This document shows positions 7,741 to 17,228 of a DNA stretch of 64,000 nucleotides, piece by piece. The translations under genes and the position numbers were made by a program. Each line of letters opens with the position of its first letter. Position 1 is the first letter of the stretch. The stretch spans positions 9,272-73,271 of the forward strand of contig JBJHDK010000004.1 of the NCBI GenBank assembly GCA_050486505.1, in the 5' to 3' direction. This DNA comes from Fibrobacteria bacterium. GTDB taxonomy: Bacteria; Fibrobacterota; Fibrobacteria; UBA11236. The notes beneath the pieces were generated by a model, which made no database searches, was not told the DNA's origin, and saw only the letters and a list, made by a program, of their open reading frames with translations.

Positions 7741-8951
7741 CAGCGATCCAGCTCCCCGGCGATGATGTTGAGCGAACCCAGGATCGCCACCACGTCGGCC
7801 AGCATCGCCCCCTCCATCAACTTCCCGAAGATCGGGTAGTTGATGAACGAAGGCGGACGCACGCGCACGCGCCAGGGGTTCGAGCTCCCGTCGGAGACAA
7901 GGTGGAAGCCCAGCTCCCCGTTGGGGGACTCCGTGGCGGAATACAGGTCGGTGACCGGAGGATTCAGCCCGTGCTCCTCGCCCGGCATGATCATCTTGAA
8001 ATGGTGGATCATCGATTCCATGTCGGTGTAGGTCGACAGCTTGTCGGGCAGGGCGTGCTTCTGGTCGAGCGCAGAGATGGGGCCCGGCTCCAGCATCTTC
8101 AGCGCCTGGCGCACGATGCGGATGCTCTGGTCCATCTCGTCGAGACGAACCTTGTAGCGCGCCAGGCAGTCGCCCTCGGTGTACACCGGCACGTCGAAGT
8201 CGAGCTCGTTGTAGATCAGGTAGGGGCGATACTTGCGCAGGTCGTATTCCACGCCCGCCGCGCGCGCCAAGGGGCCGGTGATGCCATAGCTGTCGGCCTC
8301 TTCCGCCGTGATGATCCCGATGCCCGCCGTGCGGTCGATGAAGATACGGTTCTTGTAGAAGCTCTCACGCAGCATCCCGACAGTCTTCTCCATGCTGTCG
8401 AGGATCGTCAGCACGCGCTTCTCGAAGTCGGCGGGCAGGTCGAAGGCCACTCCTCCCACGCGGGTGTAACTCGTGGTGAGGCGCGTGCCCGTCACCGCCT
8501 CGAACACGTCGTAGAGCTTCTCGCGCTCGACGAAGGTCCACAACAGCGAGGAAAAGGCGCCGAGGTCCATGGCGAGCGCGCCCACGCACAGGGAGTGGTC
8601 GGCCATGCGCGACAGCTCACACAGGATGGTGCGGATGACCTGGCAGCGCCGCGGCGTCTCGAGCCCGATCAACTCCTCGACGGCAAGGGCAAAGCCGATA
8701 TTGTTGTTGAGCGGCGAGAAATAATTGAGCCGGTCGCTCAGCGTGATGAACTGGTTGTAGGTGCGGTATTCGCCCAGCTTTTCGAAGCCGGTGTGCAGGA
8801 ACCCGATTTCCTGCTCGGCACGCAGCACGCGCTCGCCGCGCACCTCCATCATCACGCGCAAGGTGCCGTGCATCGCGGGATGCGAAGGCCCCACGTTCAT
8901 GCGGACGACGTTGTCGTCGCGCTCGGTGACTTCTTGCTCGTAGGAATACAT
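7740..8951 (-). CDS. nuoD: NADH-quinone oxidoreductase subunit D
   Basis: NVGPSHPAMHGTLR, GFLHTGFEK, ESPNGELG, RVRPPSF and C-terminal GELDR. Start MYSYEQE at 8951. Confidence 0.96.
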   Translation of the reverse strand: MYSYEQEVTERDDNVVRMNVGPSHPAMHGTLRVMMEVRGERVLRAEQEIGFLHTGFEKLGEYRTYNQFITLSDRLNYFSPLNNNIGFALAVEELIGLETPRRCQVIRTILCELSRMADHSLCVGALAMDLGAFSSLLWTFVEREKLYDVFEAVTGTRLTTSYTRVGGVAFDLPADFEKRVLTILDSMEKTVGMLRESFYKNRIFIDRTAGIGIITAEEADSYGITGPLARAAGVEYDLRKYRPYLIYNELDFDVPVYTEGDCLARYKVRLDEMDQSIRIVRQALKMLEPGPISALDQKHALPDKLSTYTDMESMIHHFKMIMPGEEHGLNPPVTDLYSATESPNGELGFHLVSDGSSNPWRVRVRPPSFINYPIFGKLMEGAMLADVVAILGSLNIIAGELDR

Positions 8952-8952
8952 G

Positions 8953-9510
8953 TCAGTCGCGCGCCTCCGCGGGTGCCCTGTGCGCCGGAATCGCATGGTA
9001 CACCGGGAAGGCACCGCGCTCGCCCCGGCCGCGCAGGGGATAGTCCTTGCGCAGGGGATAACCTTCGTAGTCATCGGGCATGAGAATGCGCTTCAGGTCG
9101 GGATGCCCGGTGAACTCGATTCCGTAGAGGTCGAAGATCTCGCGCTCAGTCCAGTCGCAGCCGGCGAACAGGTCGACATTCGAGTCGATGCGGGGCGCGT
9201 CCGCGGGCACGAAGGCGCGCACCTGGGCCTTTACTCCGAGTTTGGGGGACAGGAGGGTCGTCACGACCGCAAAGCGTTCGGGCATGGCCTTGGGGTATTT
9301 CAGGTAATCGGCGCCGCAGCAATCGACGAAGCGGGTGAACGCCAACTCGGGGTCTTCCTTGAGAAGGCGCACCAGATCGCGGGCATCGGCACCACGCACG
9401 GAGAACTGCACGTACTGGGTCTTCTCTTCCTTGCCGAGAAGGCGGTCCCCGAAGGCGGCTTCCACCTTGCCCGCGAGAACGGAAAGATTCCCCTTGCGGT
9501 AGGTCAGCAT
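8953..9510 (-). CDS. nuoC: NADH-quinone oxidoreductase subunit C
   Basis: WTEREIFDLYGIEFTGHPDLKRILMP..GYPLRKDYPL. Confidence 0.95.
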   Translation of the reverse strand: MLTYRKGNLSVLAGKVEAAFGDRLLGKEEKTQYVQFSVRGADARDLVRLLKEDPELAFTRFVDCCGADYLKYPKAMPERFAVVTTLLSPKLGVKAQVRAFVPADAPRIDSNVDLFAGCDWTEREIFDLYGIEFTGHPDLKRILMPDDYEGYPLRKDYPLRGRGERGAFPVYHAIPAHRAPAEARD

Positions 9511-9513
9511 GGA

Positions 9514-10101
9514 TCAGTGCCCCCCGTTTCCCTCTGTCCCGACGCGGGACGACGAGGACGCAAAGGCATCGGGCGAACGATAGTTGGGCGACAGCGAGGG
9601 GTCGCGCGCGAGGTCGTCGCTGATGAACTCCGTGGACTTGGCCTTGCCCTGTTTCGCCTTTTCCTGCACGGCCATCAGGGCCTCGATGAAGGCCTCGGGG
9701 CGCGGGGGGCAGCCGGGCATGTAGGCGTCCACGGGGATGAACTGGTCGACGCCCTGGATCAGGGTGTAGGTGTCGAACACCCCGCCGCTGCTGGCGCAGG
9801 CGCCCATCGAAATGCACCACTTGGGTTCGGGCATCTGTTCCCAGATGCGCTGCAGCACCGGCATCATCTTCAGGGAAATGCGTCCCGAAACGATCAGCAG
9901 GTCGGACTGGCGGGGCGTGAACTTGAGCACTTCGGATCCGAAGCGCGCGGCATCGTACTTCGAGCTGAACGTCGCCATCATCTCGATGCCGCAGCACGCG
10001 GTGCCGAAGGGCATGGGCCACATCGAGTTGCCGCGCGCCCAGTTGATGGCGAAGCCCAGCCGCGTCGTGATGACGTCGTTGATGCGCTCGTTCAATCCCA
10101 T
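9514..10101 (-). CDS. nuoB: NADH-quinone oxidoreductase subunit B
   Basis: FGTACCGIEMM, PRQSDL, QMPEPKWCISMGACASSGG and PGCPPRPE. Start MGLNERI at 10101. Confidence 0.96.
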   Translation of the reverse strand: MGLNERINDVITTRLGFAINWARGNSMWPMPFGTACCGIEMMATFSSKYDAARFGSEVLKFTPRQSDLLIVSGRISLKMMPVLQRIWEQMPEPKWCISMGACASSGGVFDTYTLIQGVDQFIPVDAYMPGCPPRPEAFIEALMAVQEKAKQGKAKSTEFISDDLARDPSLSPNYRSPDAFASSSSRVGTEGNGGH

Positions 10102-10454
10102 TCGAGGGCTCCCGTGCGAATGATGTAGAGCAGGCCGAGACCCAGCACGCCCATGAAGACCAGGACGGCGATCAAGGCGCCGCTGCCGAGCAGGTTCTGG
10201 TAATCCGCGGCGAAAGGCAGGAGGAAAATGGTCTCGATGTCGAAGAGGATGAAGAGCAGCGCGAAGACGTAGAACTTGATGGCGAAGGGGCGGTGCGGGT
10301 TCTGCATCTGGTCGACGCCGCACTCGTAGGGCTCGTATTTGACCTTGCTCCAGGTGCGGCGGGGCCCCAACAGGGAGGACAGGCCGAGACCCGCCACTCC
10401 GACAAGGAGGGCAAGCCCGATGAATGCCAGCAGCGGCAAATACTCGCTTAGCAC
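10092..10454 (-). CDS. nuoA: NADH-quinone oxidoreductase subunit A
   Basis: K..PYECG, FYVFALLFILFDIE and C-terminal GALEWD. Confidence 0.95.
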   Translation of the reverse strand: MLSEYLPLLAFIGLALLVGVAGLGLSSLLGPRRTWSKVKYEPYECGVDQMQNPHRPFAIKFYVFALLFILFDIETIFLLPFAADYQNLLGSGALIAVLVFMGVLGLGLLYIIRTGALEWD

Positions 10455-10808
10455 CGAAAACGTCCTTTTTTTAGCGCTTTGGCAGGTTTCGGACTGTCTC
10501 CGAACCCCCTGCAGGCGCCCTTCCGGTCTCGAAAATCCGGCGGGCCGCCGGGTTTTAAAAGTGCCGAAATCGCGCGCGCGGCGCGAAATTTAGGAAACCC
10601 CGCGTCGAATCGGAACCGTGAAAATCGATTCCTGCGGCGAATCCCCTGATTTTCCTGCTTCCCCGCCACCCGCGATTTCCGCTCTTGCGGACCTGTAACT
10701 CACTGTTTGCCGCTCACCGTGCACTGTCCGCCATTCGCTCTTCGTTGCCTGTTCTTTGTTAAATATCGTCGTCCCCCCCAACAGGGCCAAACGCGAAAGG
10801 ACTCCGCC

Positions 10809-11624
10809 ATGGGCATCATCGATGGAAAAATCAAGCCGGCACTTCCCACTTGGGCCATGGGCGTCTGCCACGAAGAAAAGTGGTCGCTCGACAAGCTCTG
10901 CCAGGTCGCCAAGCAACTGGGCGTCGAGGCCATCGAGGTCGTGAACCCCGAGGACCTCCCCACTCTCAAGAAATACGGTCTCGTCTCCTCGCTGACCGTG
11001 TCCCACTGGTTCACCAAGGGCTACGTCCACAAGAACTTCTGGAAAGAATGCGACGAGGCCTACAAGAAGGCCATCGATGCCAACGCCGAGCACGGCTTCA
11101 CCAATGTGGTGGCCTTCTGGGGCTACGGCGACAGCACCGCCGAGGGGGGCGGGGTCGTCTCTCTCGAGGATGCCAAGAAAAACCTCATCGAGGGGTACAA
11201 GAACATCGTCGGATACGCCGAAAAAAAGGGCGTGACCCTCTGCCTCGAACCCTTGAACAGCCGCGATGGCGCCGACTGGAAGGGGCACCCCGAGTACCAG
11301 GGCTCCAACATGGACGACTGCATGGAAGTCATCAAGGCCGTGGGCTCTCCGGCGTTGAAGCTTCTCTTCGACATGTACCACGTCCAGATCATGAACGGCG
11401 ACCTCATCCGCCGGATCCGCGACAACGCCGAGTACATCGGCTACGTGCAGGCTGCCGGCGTTCCTGGGCGCCATGAGCTCGACGCCTCGCAGGAAATCAA
11501 CTTCCCCGCCGTGCTCAAGGCCCTGGTCGACAACGGCTACCGCGGCTACCTCGGCATGGAGTACATCCCCACCAAAGATCCCATGGACTCGCTCTCCGAG
11601 GCCGTGGCGTTTTTCCGGCAATAA
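10809..11624 (+). CDS. Hydroxypyruvate isomerase-like / AP endonuclease 2 TIM-barrel protein
   Basis: LCLEPLNSR, LLFDMYHVQIMNGDL, AGVPGRHEL and EYIP. Start MGIIDGK follows an AAGGA SD. Confidence 0.85.
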   Translation: MGIIDGKIKPALPTWAMGVCHEEKWSLDKLCQVAKQLGVEAIEVVNPEDLPTLKKYGLVSSLTVSHWFTKGYVHKNFWKECDEAYKKAIDANAEHGFTNVVAFWGYGDSTAEGGGVVSLEDAKKNLIEGYKNIVGYAEKKGVTLCLEPLNSRDGADWKGHPEYQGSNMDDCMEVIKAVGSPALKLLFDMYHVQIMNGDLIRRIRDNAEYIGYVQAAGVPGRHELDASQEINFPAVLKALVDNGYRGYLGMEYIPTKDPMDSLSEAVAFFRQ

Positions 11625-11659
11625 GCCGGACAGTGGGGGCTCCCCCCGATGCCCCTTCC

Positions 11660-11690
11660 GAAGCCCCGCATTCGCGGGGCTTCTTGTTTT
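11660..11690 (+). terminator. Rho-independent terminator
   Basis: GAAGCCCCGC-ATTC-GCGGGGCTTC followed by TTGTTTT. Confidence 0.75.
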
Positions 11691-11804
11691 GGGGTTTCTT
11701 CGCCACCGCCGGGCAAAATACCCCTGACGGCAGGGTCTGCCGGGAAGATTCCCCCAATCTCGGCTGGCGCAAGCCGCCACCGCGCTGTACTTTGGGAGCT
11801 GGAG

Positions 11805-12512
11805 GTGCCCTTGAGCCCGGACATATTAAGACAGGAAGTGCGCGCCCTGCGCGAAAAATGGCGTGACCAACCGCCCGCTCCGCTCTACGACGAGCTCTCG
11901 GACCTGTTGTTCAAGGCGGGCAAGATCACTGCGGCCATGAACCTGATGGAATCATCGCTTCGGGCGGCCCCCTCCCCCGATGACGTGGCGACCGATTTGA
12001 GCGATGATGGTGCTTGGTGGTTCCGGCGCGGGATGGAATATGCCGATGCCTGCCTTTACGAAGAGGCCTGCGCCTGCCTGAACCGGGCCCTTGCGGCGGG
12101 CGGAGAAAACTTCGAGACGCATTATTGCCTGGCCGGCCTCTACAAGAGCCTGGAGCGGCCCGACAAGGCCGAACACCACTGTCGCGTTTCACTGCGCCAC
12201 AATCCGGGATTCGCGCCGTCTTTCATCCTTCTCGCGTCGATCACGCGCATGACCGGTCGCGTGGAAGAAAGCGCCGATGCGGCGCGCATGGCCGTATTGC
12301 TTGATCCCGACTGCGCGCCCGCGCACTATGATCTCGCCTGCTATTACGCCCTTTCAGGTGAATGCGACAAGGCCCTCAAGGCCTTGCGCAGCGCCATGGA
12401 CAAGGGGTTCTGCGATTTCGAATGGGCCGATCGCGATCCCGATCTCGCCCCGTTGCGCGAGCATGCGGAGTTCCGCAGGCTGCTCGAAACGTTCGGCGCC
12501 GGGGACCGGTAA
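11805..12512 (+). CDS. Tetratricopeptide repeat protein
   Basis: TPR-like helices and C-terminal YDLACYYAL..DPDLAPLR motif. Start uncertain (GTG 11805; the ORF is open from 11649). Confidence 0.75.
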   Translation: MPLSPDILRQEVRALREKWRDQPPAPLYDELSDLLFKAGKITAAMNLMESSLRAAPSPDDVATDLSDDGAWWFRRGMEYADACLYEEACACLNRALAAGGENFETHYCLAGLYKSLERPDKAEHHCRVSLRHNPGFAPSFILLASITRMTGRVEESADAARMAVLLDPDCAPAHYDLACYYALSGECDKALKALRSAMDKGFCDFEWADRDPDLAPLREHAEFRRLLETFGAGDR

Positions 12513-12679
12513 CCCAACCGGGAATCGGACGGATCCGCCCGTCGGGGTCGTTCACCACCGACCCCTGTTATTATATTGAACCGACTTTTCCCGAAACGGC
12601 CTAAGTCGTTGCGCGTCATTCGTTTGGCCCGCGGCCTGGGACGGCGCGGATTTTCCTCGAAAGAATTGAGAAGGGGCAC

Positions 12680-15313
12680 ATGAAAAGGGATACAGGCCTG
12701 CGTAGCGTGATCTTGTTGGCGGTTTTGGTGCTGAGCGCCATCAGCCTTTGGCCGACGATCGCGGTTTTTTCAAAGAGCAACGACACGAACCTCCCCCTTG
12801 AGGAGCGCGAGCGCGAAATCTTCAAGCGCGAAAATCCCAAGATCGCCTCCAAGTCGCTCAACCTCGGGCTCGACCTCGCGGGCGGCACGCACATCATCGT
12901 CGAGATCGACAGGTCCCAGCTCGATGAGGCCGCGAGCCGCGACGTGCTCGATCGCAGCCTTGAAATCATCCGAAACCGCGTCGACCAGTACGGCCTCAGC
13001 GAGCCCGTCATCACCCGCTCGGGCGACAATCGCATCATCGCGTCTCTGGCCGGCATGGGCGCCGAAGACGCCCGCCGCCTCATTGGCGCAACTGCCTTGC
13101 TCGAGTTCAAGCTTGTCGCCGAGCTCGACGAATTCCGCCCGGTCCTGAACCGCCTCGACAATTTCCTCGCCCGCCAGCGCGGGCAAGGCTCCGCGACATC
13201 CGCTCCCCGCGGGACTTCCGAGGTCGAAAGCGTTTTCGGCCGCGTCGTCCGCGACGACACGGCGGCCACCCTTGCCGACCCGGATGCGGAAAACGGCGAG
13301 CTTGCCGACGCATTCCTCGACGACACCACCGCCATCGACGAGTTCTTCGATCCCGAAGCAAGGCCGTTCAGCGCCATGCTCGTGCAAGTCGGCCGCGACA
13401 TGGGTGTCGCCGCGGAGAACTACGAACGGATGCGCCGCCTCCTTCAGGACCGTGAAATCCAGCAGCTGATCCCGGCGCGCTACCAGTTCCTCTGGGGCCG
13501 CGAAACCGAGCGCCTTGAAGACGGTCGCGAAGTCCGCCGCCTCTACCTGCTGCGCCGCCGCGCCGAAATGACCGGTTCCACCATCGCAGACGCCACGTTC
13601 CAGCACGTGCAGGGCGGTTTGCAGGCGGGTGAGATCGAAGTCGGCCTGACCTTCCGCGGCATCGGCCCCAACGAATTCGCCCGTGTGACCGGGGCGAACA
13701 TCGGCAGGCAGCTCGCCATTGTCCTCGACTCCGTCGTGTACTCGGCCCCGGTGATCCAGGGGCGCATTCCGCACGGGCGCGCCTCCATCACCGGCATCCG
13801 CAGCATCACCGAGGCCAAGCAGCTCGCCGTCGTGCTACGTGCCGGCGCGCTCCCCGCGCCGATGAACATCGTCGAACTCCGCTCCGTGGGTCCGACGCTC
13901 GGCGAGGAAAATATCCGCAAGGGGATGTATGCGGCCCTGGTGGCCCTTGTCCTTGTCGCGCTCTTCATGGCCGTGTATTACCGCGGCGCGGGGCTGATCG
14001 CCAACGCCGCGTTGGTCATCAACATGATCGTGATCTTCTCGGTGCTGTCGGCCTTCGGTGCAACGCTGACCCTGCCAGGCCTGGCGGGCATCGCGCTGAC
14101 GATCGGCATGGCGGTCGACGCCAATGTGCTGATCTTCGAACGCATCCGAGAAGAGTTGAAGGCCGGAAAGTCGGCGCGCATCGCGGTCGACACCGGCTAC
14201 CGCAAGGCCCTGAGCGCCATTCTTGACGCGAACATCACGACCTTCGGCACCGCCGCCATTCTCTACTACATCGGCGTCGGCCCCATCAAGGGTTTCGGTC
14301 TCACCCTCATGATCGGCCTCGCCGCCTCCATGTACACCGCCCTCGTGGTGACGCGCCTGCTGTTCGACTACCGCCTGCGCAAACCCGAGGTGCGCGACAT
14401 CAGCATCGGCAACGGCCTCGCCTGGCTCGACAATGCCGATATCAAGCTCATCCCCGGGATGCGCTACTATGTCGGTTTCGCCCTGCTGATCGCGGCCGTG
14501 ACAGCCGGCTCCCTGGCCACTCGCGGCGTAAACCTGGGCATCGACTTCACCGGCGGCCATGTCTATCAGGTGCAGTTCCAGGAGTCGCCCGATGTCGAGG
14601 CGCTGCGCTCCAGCGTTGCCGCGGCCGGGTTCAGCCAGCCTCGCGTGCAAAGCTTCGGCCCGCAGTCCGAGAACCGCGTGCTCGTCTACCTGCAGGACGT
14701 GGGCGGCGACACGGCATCCCTTGCGGCCGTGCGCGAAGCGGTGGCTCCGGGCTTCATCGAAAGCGAAGACGCGGTGGGTGCGTCCGTCGGTCGCGACCTT
14801 CGCTGGGCGGCGATCTGGTCCCTCCTCGCGGCGACCCTGCTCATCATCTTCTACATCTGGATCCGCTTCGGACGAAACGGCCTCGGCTTCGGCATCGCCG
14901 CGGCCCTGGAGTCGCTGGCGGCAAGCATCGCGACAATCGGCTTCTTCTCGCTGTCTGGCATGGAGGTCAACCTCCCGTTCATCGCCGCCGTGCTGACCGT
15001 GATCGGTTACTCGCTCAATGACGCCGTCGTCATTTTCGACCGCATTCGCGAGCAGACAAACCTCACCGGTACGCGGGACAGCTTCGCGACCCGGGTCGGC
15101 AGTGCCGTGAACCAGTGCATGAGCCGCAGTGTGATCACCCATGTCACCACGATCTTCACGTTGCTGACCCTCGTGGTTCTGGGAGGGAGCTCGATCCGCG
15201 ACTTCGCGGGTGCCATGCTCGTGGGCATCACCATCGGCGGAATCTTTACATACGCCGTTGCCTGTCCCTTCGTCGTCTGGTGGGACAGCCGCCGCGTGCG
15301 TGTCAAAGCCTGA
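12680..15313 (+). CDS. secDF: Protein translocase SecD/SecF fusion
   Basis: LGLDLAGG, RNRVDQYG, VGPTLG, GMAVDANVLIFERIREE, GIDFTGG and GYSLNDAVVIFDRIRE. Confidence 0.96.
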   Translation: MKRDTGLRSVILLAVLVLSAISLWPTIAVFSKSNDTNLPLEEREREIFKRENPKIASKSLNLGLDLAGGTHIIVEIDRSQLDEAASRDVLDRSLEIIRNRVDQYGLSEPVITRSGDNRIIASLAGMGAEDARRLIGATALLEFKLVAELDEFRPVLNRLDNFLARQRGQGSATSAPRGTSEVESVFGRVVRDDTAATLADPDAENGELADAFLDDTTAIDEFFDPEARPFSAMLVQVGRDMGVAAENYERMRRLLQDREIQQLIPARYQFLWGRETERLEDGREVRRLYLLRRRAEMTGSTIADATFQHVQGGLQAGEIEVGLTFRGIGPNEFARVTGANIGRQLAIVLDSVVYSAPVIQGRIPHGRASITGIRSITEAKQLAVVLRAGALPAPMNIVELRSVGPTLGEENIRKGMYAALVALVLVALFMAVYYRGAGLIANAALVINMIVIFSVLSAFGATLTLPGLAGIALTIGMAVDANVLIFERIREELKAGKSARIAVDTGYRKALSAILDANITTFGTAAILYYIGVGPIKGFGLTLMIGLAASMYTALVVTRLLFDYRLRKPEVRDISIGNGLAWLDNADIKLIPGMRYYVGFALLIAAVTAGSLATRGVNLGIDFTGGHVYQVQFQESPDVEALRSSVAAAGFSQPRVQSFGPQSENRVLVYLQDVGGDTASLAAVREAVAPGFIESEDAVGASVGRDLRWAAIWSLLAATLLIIFYIWIRFGRNGLGFGIAAALESLAASIATIGFFSLSGMEVNLPFIAAVLTVIGYSLNDAVVIFDRIREQTNLTGTRDSFATRVGSAVNQCMSRSVITHVTTIFTLLTLVVLGGSSIRDFAGAMLVGITIGGIFTYAVACPFVVWWDSRRVRVKA

Positions 15314-15333
15314 CGGCTCCGGAAGATCTCTCC

Positions 15334-15369
15334 AACGAAAAAGCGCCCCTTGCAGGGCGCTTTTTCGTT
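15334..15369. terminator. Bidirectional terminator between secDF and the AraC genes
   Basis: AACGAAAAAGCGCCC-cttgca-GGGCGCTTTTTCGTT. Confidence 0.85.
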
Positions 15370-15404
15370 CTCTGCGGTCGGGAACCCGAAGCCCGGGACC
15401 GCCG

Positions 15405-16223
15405 CTACTCGTCGTCGAAAACCGCCGGATCGTAGTGCCCGAGCGAAAAGAATTTTTTCTGGTCGGGCATCTCGCGAAAGCTGGCGCGGAACTCCTTCGG
15501 GGTCATCTTCTTGTACTTCGCGAACTGCTTGGTAAAGAAGCTGTGATCATAGAAGCCGGCCTCCACGGCAATATCCGCAATGGGCTTGCTCGTGCCAACC
15601 AACAGGCGACACGCCACATTCAACCGAACCATGGCCAGGTAGCGCCCGGGCGTCACCTGGAACTCGCGCTTGAAACGTCGTGTGAAACGTGAAAGGCTGA
15701 GCCCCGCCAACTCCGCGAGTTCTTCGGTGCGCAGCGGTTTGGCATAATGCGCCATGATATGCCTGACAACGGGCTCCAAGGTGCGGTAGGGGTGCAAGTC
15801 CGAATCCGCTGAACGCAAATCCTGCGTGATTCCGATCAGGCCGGCGGCATTGCCGTGCCTCCCCCTGAGGGGGATTTTTGTGGTCTGATACCAGTCCACC
15901 ATGCCGTCCGCGGTGGGAATGATCTCGGGTTTGTTGATTTGCGGCACACCCGTGCGCATGACCTCGGCATCATCGTGACGGTATGCCTCCGCCTGCAACT
16001 TCCAGAAGAAATCGTAATCCGTCTTGCCGACGATTTCTTCCGGGCCGTTGAGCCCCATTTTTTCCCAATGGTTGCGGTTCGACATGATGAACCGGCTCTG
16101 CGAGTCCTTGATGAAGATGTGGATGTTGCTGGGGAAATAGTTGAGCAACTTTTCGATCAACTCATCCTCGGGGAGTTCCCCCAGAAATGCGCGACGGAAC
16201 TCCTGATGGTCTGCACGTGTCAT
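15405..16223 (-). CDS. PAS-domain AraC-family transcriptional regulator (copy 2)
   Basis: PAS-like IFIKD..RFIMSN..GKTDYDFF..TKIPLR. AraC HTH LAELAGLS..F.R.FK and IAVEAGFYDHSFFTKQF. Confidence 0.9.
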   Translation of the reverse strand: MTRADHQEFRRAFLGELPEDELIEKLLNYFPSNIHIFIKDSQSRFIMSNRNHWEKMGLNGPEEIVGKTDYDFFWKLQAEAYRHDDAEVMRTGVPQINKPEIIPTADGMVDWYQTTKIPLRGRHGNAAGLIGITQDLRSADSDLHPYRTLEPVVRHIMAHYAKPLRTEELAELAGLSLSRFTRRFKREFQVTPGRYLAMVRLNVACRLLVGTSKPIADIAVEAGFYDHSFFTKQFAKYKKMTPKEFRASFREMPDQKKFFSLGHYDPAVFDDE

Positions 16224-17095
16224 GGGGTTGCCTTTCTCCGCGACGGAGTCCCGCGGACACCGGCCGATAGTTCGGCGCTTTCCCTGGCCGAACTCCGCGG
16301 CGTCAGATCTCCGAGCGGGAAAAATTTCTTGCGGTCGGGAAGGTCGCGAAACCGGATGCGAAACTCCTTGGGCGTGAGGCCCTTGTACTTCAGGAACTGT
16401 TTGGTGAAAAAACTGTGGTCGTAAAAGCCCGCCTTCAGTGCGACTTCAGAAATCGGCGAAGTGGTGTCAAGCAGCAGCCTGCATGCTGCATTCAGTCTGA
16501 CCATGGAAAGGTAGCGGCCCGGTGTCACCCCGAACTCCTGCTTGAAGCGACGGATCAGGTAGCCAGGGCTCAACCCGGCAACATCGGCCATTTCTTCGAG
16601 CCGGAGCGGCTTCGCGTAGTTCGTCATGATGTGGCGAACCACGGGTTCAAGGGTGCGGTAGGCCGACAACGCCGAATCCGCGGAGCGCAGGTCGCGGATG
16701 ATGCCCACAAGACCCTCGATCCCTCCATCCTTGCCGCGCAGGGGGATTTTGGTCGTCTGGTACCAATCCACCATGCCGTCCGCGGTGGGAATGATCTCGG
16801 GCTTGTTGATTTGCGGAGTCCCGGTCCGAAGAACCTCGCCATCGTCATGGCGGTAGGCTTCTGCCTGCAATGACCAAAAAAAATCATAGTCGGTCTTGCC
16901 GATAATCTGCTCCCCGCCCTCCAGGCCCATCTTTGTCCAGAAGCTGCGATTCGCCATCATGAAGCGGCCTTGCGCATCCTTGACGAATACATCGACATTA
17001 TCAGGAAAATGCTCCATGATTCTCTCGGTGATCTCGTTCTCGCGAAGCCTGTCGAGAAACGCGTGCCGAAGATCCTCCTCGCGACCAAGCGCCAT
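16220..17095 (-). CDS. PAS-domain AraC-family transcriptional regulator (copy 1)
   Basis: Same architecture as copy 2. Start MALGREE follows a GGAGG SD, and the gene overlaps copy 2 by ATGA. Confidence 0.9.
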   Translation of the reverse strand: MALGREEDLRHAFLDRLRENEITERIMEHFPDNVDVFVKDAQGRFMMANRSFWTKMGLEGGEQIIGKTDYDFFWSLQAEAYRHDDGEVLRTGTPQINKPEIIPTADGMVDWYQTTKIPLRGKDGGIEGLVGIIRDLRSADSALSAYRTLEPVVRHIMTNYAKPLRLEEMADVAGLSPGYLIRRFKQEFGVTPGRYLSMVRLNAACRLLLDTTSPISEVALKAGFYDHSFFTKQFLKYKGLTPKEFRIRFRDLPDRKKFFPLGDLTPRSSARESAELSAGVRGTPSRRKATP

Positions 17096-17228
17096 GCATC
17101 CCCTCCGAAGTACGACTGTCGAAATGATACCAATGTTATGGCGAGCGAGACCCGTAAGTGAGCGAGAATTTCCACGTGGGCGGCGCGACACCGGTTAAAT
17201 TCCCTCGTCCCGCAACCGGACGCGACTC

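Noticed and set aside
17096..17228. FMN riboswitch upstream of ribD
   Set aside because: The conserved RFN segments could not be found by eye; a covariance search is needed to exclude it fully.
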